A DNA stretch of 64,000 bases from Thermoplasmatota archaeon (lineage in GTDB: Archaea; Thermoplasmatota; Penumbrarchaeia; Penumbrarchaeales; Penumbrarchaeaceae). Position 1 is the first letter of the stretch. Every line of letters begins with the position of its first letter. Of this stretch, positions 40,401 to 49,456 are shown in pieces. The notes under the pieces were generated by a model. The model did no database searches and was not told the DNA's origin. It saw nothing but the letters and a program-made list of their open reading frames with translations. A program made the position numbers and the translations under genes. The stretch covers positions 26,371 through 90,370 of the forward strand of contig CBDDUX010000026.1 in the NCBI GenBank assembly GCA_965234725.1, given 5' to 3'.

Positions 40401-41146
40401 GTGGGGATCTCAAACCTGGAGTTGATAACTCACTGTATACCAGGCAGATAGACCTCACCAACACCAGGGAAGCTACTCTTGAGGCGCAGCTCAGGTTCAA
40501 TATCGACACAGATCCCGGCAGACCTCCGGATGGTTTCCGGGTGGAAGTGTCTATAGATAACAAACAGACATGGGTTCCTCTGAATCTTGGTGTACGATCA
40601 TCCTGGGGAGTTTCAGGGACCGAAGCCGATGCTGATGACGGGATCCCGGATGATCAGAAATCCTATACGGGTCTTGACCTCGAGGGGAACGGAAATAACT
40701 GGGTTCCGGCAAATACATTGACAAGGTTGAGTACCAATCTGGATTCCTTCACCGGGAATGTTATAAACATTAGGTTCCGGGTGATAACGAACACAGACCT
40801 CACTCATTATGCAGATCCTAACGAGGACCTTGGTATCTATATCGATGATGTCTTCGTCTATGGTTCGTCGCTTCACGCAACGAGATCTGAAATTGGATCG
40901 ACAGAAGAGATCTTATCCGAAGTTGATGAAATTGTAGAACCTGTTGATGTAACGATACCCATGGAAAGTGAATGGGAAGAAGAACCTATGATCGAAACTG
41001 TAGAGGCCATTCACGAAGACAGTGAGATCGGATCTGAAGATAGAGGGATCGGATCCTATCTCATATGGGTAATTGTTCCCTTCCTTCTGATATTGATGGC
41101 GGTACCAGTTGTATTTGTTCAGGTAGGTAGAGTGAAGAGGGATTGA
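34412..41146 (+). CDS. Giant (2244 aa) pilin-like adhesin: class-III (archaeal type IV pilin, PF07790-like) N-terminus, CARDB-like repeats, vWA/MIDAS domain, C-terminal TM anchor
   Basis: N-term KDRFLAVSEAVGTVLLLGISITLAGGIAVW; repeated PDPGIYDI...GEEVTVTV CARDB-like modules; MIDAS DTSESM; C-terminal helix YLIWVIVPFLLILMAVPVVFV. TTG start with AAGGAG RBS. Confidence 0.65.
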   Translation: MKRLSSVWKNNGSKDRFLAVSEAVGTVLLLGISITLAGGIAVWTSNIEEGEEGIYVDLWANVQGNDLVIVHRGGDHLDGVNTKIMITDSSRYSVIENTYTVMSGTNDDTWSPGEELVIDITNPSVTDTFKIIVTTTRDNGEAVVIFNNELQRSNSNTGLPDLAITMINLRDSEDNIVTTILDNGAYVIQIRVSNFGSDMTTVHHSDLGNGAISNLKIFDSNEPIDMASVTYSHYTTGDVEVFGPDDLGKMKNGDYMVFDFIWQVSGSIPRSLGLHRFNVKVIPVYTGELNYRNNYIEKKFNVDKELTPLDIHGPDPGIYDILFSNEAPNSGEEVTVTVIIQNSGDEGIEITHGVNLIVTTWEPERYHDSYDESEIHDWKMDYEGYYGMWRSEYSEVIPVTEDDTFPTCVRTNIELLPGAYLFFYFTLEARVDVPGGEQWVFAAIDAFNDNSQPQGIGYYPGGDDPGDNMRLGKIQVLPRILVVDDDGSPTGTEGDMTSTVLEALIGAGVTVDKVFTSQEVSDHSDTRDAPAFSYNQAEISAPAMEDYDIVMWVTGFETDPLTNVPNDPVKDIGGNIQEIMKYLDSNRYFLLVGTDPFNGLMSYFNSKSTTDRIVEDDPSLDATAFLYKYMGIQQVTTDVNISAGDPPTLHGMDIFVDLQLSSLEGDLIITHKSGDDISGTNTNIVIYDQFATPVISGSYSDFSGTFGEDWSSGTEVSIDLSTLTLSDTYDIVITTPRDLGSTMIVHKNEFTMSDEIGENPSIKYGDIYPGGISSRDETIELLTQTPGNGLMNLFVIRSSYEENLFEIPVGTLTNSDEVVKADPSFNSIRSFGTPDEDLFDAAYRSVVLGWDITQIKYLNEKVDLFSDILKWFDWEVEVGRDLAVTRMNLYIISEDEEGNWFNDPVDEDNAPKYLDTVLIEAYVRNNGPNLESSSVMFYVTGPDGLELPITPNIPDPRDDLEPEYYDNPYDMNGLSGGGAEESVFKLWLAVGVGTYTFRVVVDPFHLISEISEENNDISYSTSTITSFVTKNNILVVDDDMSTDNFPVGMDVGTMDLRRISYASLGGEPSQVIEDTLVSLEYDFDNHVVENDNVGGVWDYASGLSILDLKRYNSIVWVLGDSGLKDATNRETLTDKDMEAIKRYLDGDYQEAKYLPEDHHENLMLIGTNLTHDLSVSNDEITMLSGNYFLFDLMEEYFGILPNVPATNIGTTLVGPTEGEILDEVYHGIDFEFGELDSVYEYSTLDLAPPMDTYAEVTPGLWAGADLISAQYKYDNIESAMAIQRNFQVIVHTWQLTRASVLARESPLRELVYLPLHWFDTPEDDPELLGRSSDIFLDNTNPVIGNSYVIQVEVANLGGAAGGGTIGFMDGASLIQSENLYLNADTTTTVEAIWKPLYAGERTLTIWLDRYNDTSEVFDIQNNAPSITIDVFFFWDDMEAGDDNWDHDSTILRINGEGTLDYMSEPTSTNIENKWLAMNGFNVNTDVENTVVQGEYYSSPNSFYMYEPSLSGTSRKDMDLVMMLDTSESMDDGGWDLAIEDYQPIGNMKLAAKNIIDQLTPTDRIAIYSFNGLGAPVQRFSFTYMTQTNRENAKDEIDSLTASGDTPLWDGIGEVINYVLTNQRTSNVYTSIISLTDGDDFGKFEREDGSTVYCPGSERSTYYGSHTWGNALGLKWGDSSIDFRNQGSANGDDILRVGGEGGVPLTGSWLDLQDSTRTGLLYSPIPVFTVGLGISPHEADPLNPTIGTNYFFTTEYDLWRVAETSKGEYYYASDSTILGKIFQEIFNQVEQNAQSSTRGEPSRAAGLWTDGNEVASNKYMHTSIVDLKYADTAILSFNHKYNMKVGSNGGVILIGTDTDGDGSWDFEYVQPDQAYTGNFLTSQWDNLKDSYGNRMRWCWNGLSGGGSLGWDHVTVDLEEFLGEEVIVAFIYYYLGGGTGYGWMIDDVDIKISTFDTNLDKGLSVDSWTLQNVTDVGSTRGVGSYSGYNSWFIGDPNNGGDLKPGVDNSLYTRQIDLTNTREATLEAQLRFNIDTDPGRPPDGFRVEVSIDNKQTWVPLNLGVRSSWGVSGTEADADDGIPDDQKSYTGLDLEGNGNNWVPANTLTRLSTNLDSFTGNVINIRFRVITNTDLTHYADPNEDLGIYIDDVFVYGSSLHATRSEIGSTEEILSEVDEIVEPVDVTIPMESEWEEEPMIETVEAIHEDSEIGSEDRGIGSYLIWVIVPFLLILMAVPVVFVQVGRVKRD

Positions 41147-41158
41147 GGAGGTGAACCC

Positions 41159-44100
41159 TTGAATAGGAATTATCCAAAAATCATGAAAAAGAAAGGGAAA
41201 AGCGATCTCCTGGGTGTTTCGGAAGCCATAGGCACGGTTCTCCTTCTCGGGATCACGGTTGCCATGACCGGTGGGATCGCATTGTACACCTCTCAGATAG
41301 ATGGTATGGATGAAGGTCTTTTCGTGGACCTCTATGCATCCCTATCAGGTGAAACACTCTCAATAACACATCGCGGTGGCGATGTTCTTACCGGGACAGA
41401 AACATACATAACAATACAGAATTCTGACGGGACTGAATTTCGGAGCATAAAGTATTTTGATCCAGGACAGGGAAGGAGTGATGAATTCTGGGAATCAGGT
41501 GAATCACTTGATATTTCTCTTGTAGGAACCACGCTCGATATCACGATCTTAGTTACAACTGTTCGAAATGATGGTATTAGCATTGTAGCAATGAAGACCG
41601 AGCTTTCCAAATCATCCCTTGATCCCAACAGTCCTGACCTTGCAATAACTCGGATCTCCATCCAGCAGTCTGGAACAACAGGTATCGATGGCTATATTCT
41701 GGATCACGGTCCATTTCTGATAATTGTCAATGTGAAGAACATTGGTGGATCCATGACAGAGAAATGGGTGGAACCATTGAGCGATTCGGAAGTCTCGAAT
41801 CTGATGATATATGATGATAGTGATTCGCTTGAATTGTCTTCACTCAGTTACACTCACAGGGATAGTTCAGGAAACGTGAAATCACCTTCAGACATGATAT
41901 TGTTGAATGATGAATATCTTGAGATAGTATTCACATGGAACAGAGAGAAGGGTGATTACAGAGCTCTAGGTGACCATGTATTGACAGTCAAGGTCAATCC
42001 ATACAGTTCAAGTGAACTGGATTATCGCAACAACATCATGACAAGGTCCTACACGGTTGACAAGGATACAACACCTGAACCTATTCCGGGACCTGACCCG
42101 GGTATCTATGATATCTATTTCTCGGATGATGCTCCAAGAAGCGGAGATACCATAACTGTTACAGTTGTAGTTCAGAATTCTGGTTCGGAAATATTAACTC
42201 CTGATATGAACGTCCATCTGATAGTTTCCCTGTGGGCACCTGCACAGAAAAGGATCCCGATGGTCGGTTACGAGGAGGAGGTAACTGTCTATGATTGGAT
42301 GATGGATGATCCGGCCCATTATCAATCATGGAGAATGGGTAATGATACCCTGGCTGTGGAGACAGACCTTATCTTCCCAACCTGCACGATAAATGATATT
42401 GAACTTCTCCCCGGAGCATATATTTTCTTCCATTTCTCACTCGAAGCGAGAGTGGATATTCCGGGAGGTCATCAGACAGTCTATGCTGTCGTCAATCCAT
42501 ACGATGGTTATGATCCAGTGGACCCTATGGGTCTGATGTATGACGAGGGAGATAATCATAAGGATAATACCGGACTCGGTATCTTCCAGGTATTCCCAAA
42601 GATCCTGCTTGTTGATGACGATGGTGCATCCTCGGGGACCGCGGGTGACATGACGACAATAGTAACAGAAGCGCTCACAGGTTCCGGTGTCAAGACGGAT
42701 GCTATAGTTGTAGCACAGCAGGTGGAGGACGATCTCGGTATGAGGAATGCACCTGCCTATCAATATGACCGGACCAATGTACCGTTCCCGGCCATGGAGG
42801 ATTATGATATAGTAATTTGGATAACCGGTCAAAGAACGGATGCACTGACCAATGATCCAATTGCTGCATATGGAGGCAACATTCAGGAATTGATGAAGTA
42901 TCTCGATGATAATGGATATTTCCTCCTCGTCGGATCACATCCACTTGATGGATTGACACATTATTTCAACGGTGCAAATAACACTCTGATGCCGGGGACA
43001 GGATGGTCAGGTAACCCTGAATATGAAGATGCACAGAACTTCATCTACAATTATCTCGGCATACAGAGAGTCTACTCTGGTGAGGACCTGCCTCTTGGAA
43101 ACGATGATAGAATGGTTGGAATTGATGGAGACGAGGGAAACATCACAGAGGTCGATGGAGGAGGAGAATACAACATTGAATTCAATGATATGGCAGAGTT
43201 CAACGCCATGTCGACCCTCTTCCTTCCAAGAAGTGTTCAGACAGAGAAGGACCTTCAACCGTATTTCGAGATCCCTGCAGGCGTTCTTACGTATCAGGAT
43301 GAGATCTCAGGCGGGACCGAGACCGATCATGTCAATACTGTCAGGTCATGGTCTGTCCCGGATCCTGTGACCGGAGCAATATACAAATCAGTGGTCATGG
43401 GGTGGGATGTCAGAGAGATCAAGTATCTCAACCAGGAGATCGATATCTTTGCACGAACCATGAAATGGCTTGACTGGGAGATCCAGATAGGAAGGGATCT
43501 TGCAATAACCAAGATGGAGCTCAGTCTGCTTTCCCAGGATGAGAACAATGACTGGATCAAGGTGCCTATAGATAACGATGAGGTCGTTCCAAAATATCTC
43601 GATACCATCGAGATAGAGGTGTCGGTTCGTAACAATGGACTCCTGGAGGAATCCACTACACTGATATTCTACGTCACCGGACCCAATGGAATTGAGGTTC
43701 CGGTCACGACTGATCTTCCAGAACCAAGATCGGAGGAATTCATTCCCGAAGAGAAAATAAATGATAACAACCCGATAGATCTTGCATACATTTCAGGAGG
43801 TGGCGGAGAGGTGACAAGGTACAAATTATGGCTCGCTCTGGGTTCGGGAATTTACAATTTCAGGGTCATGGTTGACCCATATCACCTCATTGATGAGGTT
43901 AACGAGGATAACAACGACATCAGCTATTCAACAACAACACTTGCATCTTTTGTTGCAGAGAACAATATTCTGATAGTGGATGATGATGGTTCATCCGATA
44001 ACTTCCTGGCCGAAGATCTTCCATTGGCTACGTGGAACGGACTTGTTATCAATTATCCATTGGGAGAACCTTCAGAGCTTATTGCCGATTCACTTGTTGA

Positions 44101-47100
44101 ACTCGATTTCGACCATGAAGTGTTCACCACCGAGAACTATCATGATTCCTCGGATTGGATAATGGGAAGCGGACCCCTGGTGGAGGAATTGAAGAGGTTC
44201 AATTCGATCATATGGGTCAGTGGGAATTCTGGAAGTGTGGTTTCTCTTGATAGAGAAACGCTGACAGATTCCGATATCATTGCCATTGAGAAATATCTCA
44301 GCGGATTATATGACGAGGCACAGTTCCTGGGTGATGATCACAATGAGAACCTGATGTTGACAGGAAGTCATGTCCTAGAGGATATTTCAGGGTCCGGTGA
44401 CCATTCAATTTCGGGGGTCGGGATAGAGACATCCACCCATGAATTCCTCAGGAATTTCCTGGGAGTGCATCCTGAAACAACATCACCTCCACAGGAAACC
44501 GGAAGTATCATTTTCGGTGCAAGGTCGGGAAGTATGCTCTCGGATATCTATTTTGGATTGGAAATATTCGATGAAGATATCGAAGGAGGAGACTTCAACT
44601 ATCAGGATCTCACAACGTTCAACAGACCATTCTCAACTGTCAGAAACGCTTTCATGACATTTGACGGAACTATGAACATTGATACAGCTTCGGTCCAGTT
44701 CTCTCATCATGATGATGAGGCTGGTGATTATTTCAGATCTGTATTCCATTCATGGGACCTTGCAGAGTTGCAAAAATCGGGTGATGGTTCCATTGAACAT
44801 CCTTTCCAGGAATCGATATTTCTCACTCTCAGATGGTTCGATACACCGATCATTCAACCTGAGATACTATCGAGGAACATCATGGTGGATATCAATCATG
44901 ATAATCCCTCACTTGGGAATTCCTATCTTGTTTCTTTAAAAGTTGCAAACCTCGGAGGAGCATCCGGAGGTGGGACCGTAAGGTTCATGGATGGAGATAC
45001 ACTTTTTTCGACCAGGTTCATTTTCCTCGATCCGGGAGATCAGGTCACAATTGAAGCCATATGGGAACCACAATATGCAGGTAACAGGATAATCAAGGTC
45101 TGGCTTGATCGGTTCGATGATTATGATGAGGTTTTCGATTCGATCAATAACATACCTCAAAGATCGATCACTGTATACTATTTCTGGGACGACATGGAGA
45201 CATATGGTTCCAACAATTTTGAACATGATGCATTAGTTGCGATGATCAACGGTGAGAATCCTCTTGATTACTACGATCCATTGGACCCTGACCCTCAGAC
45301 CAATGTTATTGACTCATGGGACAGATCAATGTCATACGGGGTCAGAGAAGCGGACGACACTTCCAAGAGCGCCCCTTATTCCTATAGATTGGAGGAATCC
45401 AAAGGAGCAGTGCTAAATAGAGCTGACGTGATAATCAGCTTTGTCATAGATGATTCAGCGTCGATGACCAAAAGGACATCAACTGCTGGAAACACATGGC
45501 TTCAAGAGGCGAAGGATGCAGCACAGATACTTCTAAATGAACTTTCCGATGCATCAATTTGTGTTAGTATCTGGGATTTCAAGGGTAACGCTGAGAGAAG
45601 ATGGTCTGGCCCGACAGATAGAGGAACATCTGAAGGTGGTATTTCTACAACAAACAGAAGAGATCCTGTTAGACTTGGAGATGATTTCGGGGGTATTGAT
45701 GGACGTACTCTGGTAAGCAATGAAATAGATAGCATGTCAAATCCATCCGGAACCACGATCATTTGGGATTCCATAGGTGAAGCCTACAAGGATATCGAAT
45801 ACTGGTCAGTTTACTATCCGGATCTGACCCCGGTTGTTGTCGTATTATCAGATGGAATGGATATTCAGGCTTCAGATGGTTCATCATTGAGCCTGTTGAC
45901 AGTGGACAATACTGTGGAAGGTGGAAGCACATACTGGGCACCATGGGGTTCGATGGCAGATGGTGAACAATATTATCAGTATCATCTTGGAAAATACTCC
46001 ACGGACCTTTCAGATCTGAGTGCATCTACTTACTGGATGTATGCGATGAACCTGGGTTCCATGGACCATTACAGATATGGTCTCCTTGATTCTGATATAC
46101 CCATATATACGATAGGTCTTGGTCTGGAGCATCATGATCCGCCTTACCTTCCTGAAATTTCCACAAATCCTGTTACTACAATAGGAGACCACATCCTCGA
46201 TTACACTAATGCTCACTGTTCTGCAACGGGAACGGGTATTGGTGAATCAGGTACCCTGGAATATAATCTCTGGAGGATAGCTGATTCCTCGGATGCCAAG
46301 TATTTTTATGCTCCAACTGCAGATGAACTGGCAGATATTTTCCAGGAGCTTGGACAGTTGCTTGCAAAACCACAGGACCAGACAAGGAGTTCGGAACCTA
46401 CCAGGCAGGATGAGGTCCCCAATGAAAACAAATGGGCGGTCACAAGTGAATTTGATGTATCTGGTGCTGAAACCGCAAGCTTGAGTTTCTGGCACAAGTA
46501 CAATATCGTTGACGGTGCAAACGGTGGATACGTCATGGTTGGCTATTTGGATGATACAGTGGATACTGATGCAGATGGTGATCCTACCAACGATTGGGAT
46601 TGGAAGTACATGACCCCGGTAAATGGATTCTATTCGGGAAGCCTCTATCCTGGTCTTGAAAGGAAGGATTCTTTCGGCAATACTATAAATTGGGGTTACA
46701 ACGGTAGGAGCGGTGAAGGTACATTTGATTGGGACAATGCGGATTTCAATATCCTTGATTTTGTACCTCCTGGATACAGGGACAGGGTCAAAGTTATGTT
46801 CTACTACATACAGTATGGTGGAGGAACAGGTGATGGATGGTGGTTCGATGATGTCAAGATAGTGATGTCAAGAGCCGAAGAATCACCTGTGGATGCTGAT
46901 TCTATTGATACATGGAGGTTTCTGGAAGGAACAACAGAAAGCGGAACCGTTCACAGCGGAACCCATTCATGGTTTGCAGGGGGCATAACAACAGCATATG
47001 ATCTGCATGAGGGGATAGATAATTCACTGTATACCAGACCCATCGATCTTACAAATGCAAGAAATGCATATTTAGAATTCTACACCAGGTTCAACATCCA

Positions 47101-47710
47101 GTATGAAGCCGGAAGGCCACCAGACGGATTCAGAGTGGAGATATCTAAGAACAACGGATTGAGCTGGGCACCTCTGAACTTCGGAGTCAGATCCTCATGG
47201 AGGGTTAGCGGGACTGAAGCCGATCTGACAGATGGTGAGTTGGACGGAAAATCATTCACCGGGGCATCCGAGAGATCCGATGTCCACAACTGGGTTCCTG
47301 CATCATCAATATCAAGGCTTACTCTGGATCTGGGTGGTTATACCGGTTATGTGGTAACTTTGAGATTCAGGATTGTGACCAACATTGATGGTATCCATTA
47401 TGAGGATGTCAATTCGTTCAGAGGAGTATATCTCGATGATATCAAGGTGTTCGGTGAATCACTGGAATCATCACCTACAAGGTCTCAGAGTATGGAAAAC
47501 CCGGATATCGATGAAATGATATTGGAAAGCTTATCAAAGGGATCTGATGATGGATCGACCTCGGAAATTATTGAGGTTCCCGAACCGCAAGAATCTGTTG
47601 AAAGGGCAAAAGTACAGAACACATTATATGGACCCACTTTACTTATCTTGTTATTAATCATAATATCTATCATCTGGATGGTCGGAAGACGCTTGGGGGT
47701 TCATAGATGA
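41159..47710 (+). CDS. Giant (2183 aa) pilin-like adhesin, paralog of 34412-41146
   Basis: N-term KSDLLGVSEAIGTVLLLGITVAMTGGIALY; collinear with paralog (CARDB-like modules, ILLVDDDG blocks, MIDAS DDSASM, C-terminal TM LLILLLIIISIIWMV). Alternative ATG start at 41183. Confidence 0.65.
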   Translation: MNRNYPKIMKKKGKSDLLGVSEAIGTVLLLGITVAMTGGIALYTSQIDGMDEGLFVDLYASLSGETLSITHRGGDVLTGTETYITIQNSDGTEFRSIKYFDPGQGRSDEFWESGESLDISLVGTTLDITILVTTVRNDGISIVAMKTELSKSSLDPNSPDLAITRISIQQSGTTGIDGYILDHGPFLIIVNVKNIGGSMTEKWVEPLSDSEVSNLMIYDDSDSLELSSLSYTHRDSSGNVKSPSDMILLNDEYLEIVFTWNREKGDYRALGDHVLTVKVNPYSSSELDYRNNIMTRSYTVDKDTTPEPIPGPDPGIYDIYFSDDAPRSGDTITVTVVVQNSGSEILTPDMNVHLIVSLWAPAQKRIPMVGYEEEVTVYDWMMDDPAHYQSWRMGNDTLAVETDLIFPTCTINDIELLPGAYIFFHFSLEARVDIPGGHQTVYAVVNPYDGYDPVDPMGLMYDEGDNHKDNTGLGIFQVFPKILLVDDDGASSGTAGDMTTIVTEALTGSGVKTDAIVVAQQVEDDLGMRNAPAYQYDRTNVPFPAMEDYDIVIWITGQRTDALTNDPIAAYGGNIQELMKYLDDNGYFLLVGSHPLDGLTHYFNGANNTLMPGTGWSGNPEYEDAQNFIYNYLGIQRVYSGEDLPLGNDDRMVGIDGDEGNITEVDGGGEYNIEFNDMAEFNAMSTLFLPRSVQTEKDLQPYFEIPAGVLTYQDEISGGTETDHVNTVRSWSVPDPVTGAIYKSVVMGWDVREIKYLNQEIDIFARTMKWLDWEIQIGRDLAITKMELSLLSQDENNDWIKVPIDNDEVVPKYLDTIEIEVSVRNNGLLEESTTLIFYVTGPNGIEVPVTTDLPEPRSEEFIPEEKINDNNPIDLAYISGGGGEVTRYKLWLALGSGIYNFRVMVDPYHLIDEVNEDNNDISYSTTTLASFVAENNILIVDDDGSSDNFLAEDLPLATWNGLVINYPLGEPSELIADSLVELDFDHEVFTTENYHDSSDWIMGSGPLVEELKRFNSIIWVSGNSGSVVSLDRETLTDSDIIAIEKYLSGLYDEAQFLGDDHNENLMLTGSHVLEDISGSGDHSISGVGIETSTHEFLRNFLGVHPETTSPPQETGSIIFGARSGSMLSDIYFGLEIFDEDIEGGDFNYQDLTTFNRPFSTVRNAFMTFDGTMNIDTASVQFSHHDDEAGDYFRSVFHSWDLAELQKSGDGSIEHPFQESIFLTLRWFDTPIIQPEILSRNIMVDINHDNPSLGNSYLVSLKVANLGGASGGGTVRFMDGDTLFSTRFIFLDPGDQVTIEAIWEPQYAGNRIIKVWLDRFDDYDEVFDSINNIPQRSITVYYFWDDMETYGSNNFEHDALVAMINGENPLDYYDPLDPDPQTNVIDSWDRSMSYGVREADDTSKSAPYSYRLEESKGAVLNRADVIISFVIDDSASMTKRTSTAGNTWLQEAKDAAQILLNELSDASICVSIWDFKGNAERRWSGPTDRGTSEGGISTTNRRDPVRLGDDFGGIDGRTLVSNEIDSMSNPSGTTIIWDSIGEAYKDIEYWSVYYPDLTPVVVVLSDGMDIQASDGSSLSLLTVDNTVEGGSTYWAPWGSMADGEQYYQYHLGKYSTDLSDLSASTYWMYAMNLGSMDHYRYGLLDSDIPIYTIGLGLEHHDPPYLPEISTNPVTTIGDHILDYTNAHCSATGTGIGESGTLEYNLWRIADSSDAKYFYAPTADELADIFQELGQLLAKPQDQTRSSEPTRQDEVPNENKWAVTSEFDVSGAETASLSFWHKYNIVDGANGGYVMVGYLDDTVDTDADGDPTNDWDWKYMTPVNGFYSGSLYPGLERKDSFGNTINWGYNGRSGEGTFDWDNADFNILDFVPPGYRDRVKVMFYYIQYGGGTGDGWWFDDVKIVMSRAEESPVDADSIDTWRFLEGTTESGTVHSGTHSWFAGGITTAYDLHEGIDNSLYTRPIDLTNARNAYLEFYTRFNIQYEAGRPPDGFRVEISKNNGLSWAPLNFGVRSSWRVSGTEADLTDGELDGKSFTGASERSDVHNWVPASSISRLTLDLGGYTGYVVTLRFRIVTNIDGIHYEDVNSFRGVYLDDIKVFGESLESSPTRSQSMENPDIDEMILESLSKGSDDGSTSEIIEVPEPQESVERAKVQNTLYGPTLLILLLIIISIIWMVGRRLGVHR

Positions 47711-48570
47711 GAAAACTACTGAAAATGGATAACAACGGTGACGCTGTCATGGTTACCGCTGTACTTTTGATGTCGCTATTTCTCTCTGCAGGTTCACAGC
47801 TTCTGATATCATACGGGGAGGACCTTGGAAAAGACAATGACCGGGAGCATATGACAGATGTTGAGGAATCGATGCTAAGGCTTCGGACCTCCATGAAATC
47901 CCTTCTGAAAGCAGAGGATACCGATACGTTGATGGTTAACAGATTCACACTCGGAACTATGGGTAATCCATATTTGGCGGTTGCCCGGTCATCGGGAACT
48001 CTCACACATACAAATGATCCTTCGGATTTCCATATGGAAGTAGTGATCGAAGATGGAGGTTCGGAGGATGTCCTCAATACGGTGAGTGGTGCCCTGATCT
48101 TTGAATCAAATAATTACTACTATCATGACCAGGACCTGACAATTATTTCAGGCGGTGTTATCAAGGAACAACACGGTTTCGAGACGATGTCGTCCTATCC
48201 TGACTTATCAATATCGCATACAATCAGTGGATATTCATTGGATATGTTTCTATTCGGTATGGCAGGAGATTACTGGAAGGTTTCCGGGATAGAATCATTG
48301 ATCCTGTCGGTTTCAATGATAGGTTATTCCCAGATAGACAGGATAATGGGACCTGGAGAGGTTCTATCAGTAAGGATAAACGGCATGGGGGAGAGATCAT
48401 GGTACGAGATGATGGAAGGGACCTTCCAGACCTTCGGTCTTATCTCGGGTGTGGATTATCAGATAAACGTCCCGGTCGATTGGGACGATGCAGGTCAGGA
48501 ACTTGAAGTGGAATTTCTGACACTTGAATCACTATCAGCAAGAATTTGTGAAATGGAGGTGACATTATGA
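47707..48570 (+). CDS. Pilin-like (class-III signal) minor subunit candidate
   Basis: N-terminal charged leader then hydrophobic AVMVTAVLLMSLFLSAGSQLL; ATGA overlap with upstream and downstream genes. Confidence 0.5.
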   Translation: MRKLLKMDNNGDAVMVTAVLLMSLFLSAGSQLLISYGEDLGKDNDREHMTDVEESMLRLRTSMKSLLKAEDTDTLMVNRFTLGTMGNPYLAVARSSGTLTHTNDPSDFHMEVVIEDGGSEDVLNTVSGALIFESNNYYYHDQDLTIISGGVIKEQHGFETMSSYPDLSISHTISGYSLDMFLFGMAGDYWKVSGIESLILSVSMIGYSQIDRIMGPGEVLSVRINGMGERSWYEMMEGTFQTFGLISGVDYQINVPVDWDDAGQELEVEFLTLESLSARICEMEVTL

Positions 48571-49397
48571 AACTGACAAGGTCCAGGAACGATGAAGGTG
48601 TAACAAACGTGGTTTCATTGATAATGATAGCAGCAATAATCGTCTCCTTCATGGGAATGGTCTTCACAACATATCTACCTGCATGGGGAAAGGATATCGA
48701 GGTACAGACCCTGAACGATGTGATGGATTCCTTCATGGACCTTAAGTCTGGAATGGATACATTATCAGTTGGTGGAGATCAGGGAACCTCCATAACAACA
48801 AAGTTTGCACTCGGGTCCGAGGGTGGACCCATGTTCGGTTTCGGAAGGATGACAGGATCCATAACCCTTGACAATGAAGGGGGAGAAATGTCAGTCAGCG
48901 ACGCAACAACGACCTATGCTCAGACAAGAGGAACCCTCAGTTACAGCTCATATAATGTCTATGTGGAAGAACAGGACATCATACTCGAAGGTGGGGCCAT
49001 CTTCAGGGACCAGGCTGTATCATCTGTTGTCAAAGGCCCACCGAACTTACTTGTCGACAGGGACTCGGCAACTGGTAGCATTAAATTGTATATTCTCCTC
49101 CAGAACCTTCAAGGAACCGAGATCGGATTTGCAGGCACGGGAAGCTACATGGTGAAGACAAGCCTCCTTACAGCTGAATTCTCAGAATATTCTCTCGGCG
49201 GAGTTGATGTGACCATAGAGATCGCAACAGAACACGATGGACTATGGCAGGATATTGTAGATGATATGATGACAGAACAGGGAATACCGGGAACTGATTA
49301 TTCCACCTCGTATGCAGGAGGAGTATTCTCATTCACGATAGATAATGTTGATAATATGTCCATAAGAACGTCATTCTTCAAGATAGGAGTGACCTAG
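48567..49397 (+). CDS. Pilin-like (class-III signal, PF07790/DUF7289-like) minor subunit candidate
   Basis: N-term DEGVTNVVSLIMIAAIIVSFMGMVFTTYLPAWG, a typical archaeal pilin N-terminal domain. Confidence 0.55.
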   Translation: MKLTRSRNDEGVTNVVSLIMIAAIIVSFMGMVFTTYLPAWGKDIEVQTLNDVMDSFMDLKSGMDTLSVGGDQGTSITTKFALGSEGGPMFGFGRMTGSITLDNEGGEMSVSDATTTYAQTRGTLSYSSYNVYVEEQDIILEGGAIFRDQAVSSVVKGPPNLLVDRDSATGSIKLYILLQNLQGTEIGFAGTGSYMVKTSLLTAEFSEYSLGGVDVTIEIATEHDGLWQDIVDDMMTEQGIPGTDYSTSYAGGVFSFTIDNVDNMSIRTSFFKIGVT

Positions 49398-49456
49398 GCA
49401 AGATGTATCTATTCAAAATTGAATTTCATACTAAGCATTTCATTTAATATGTAATT

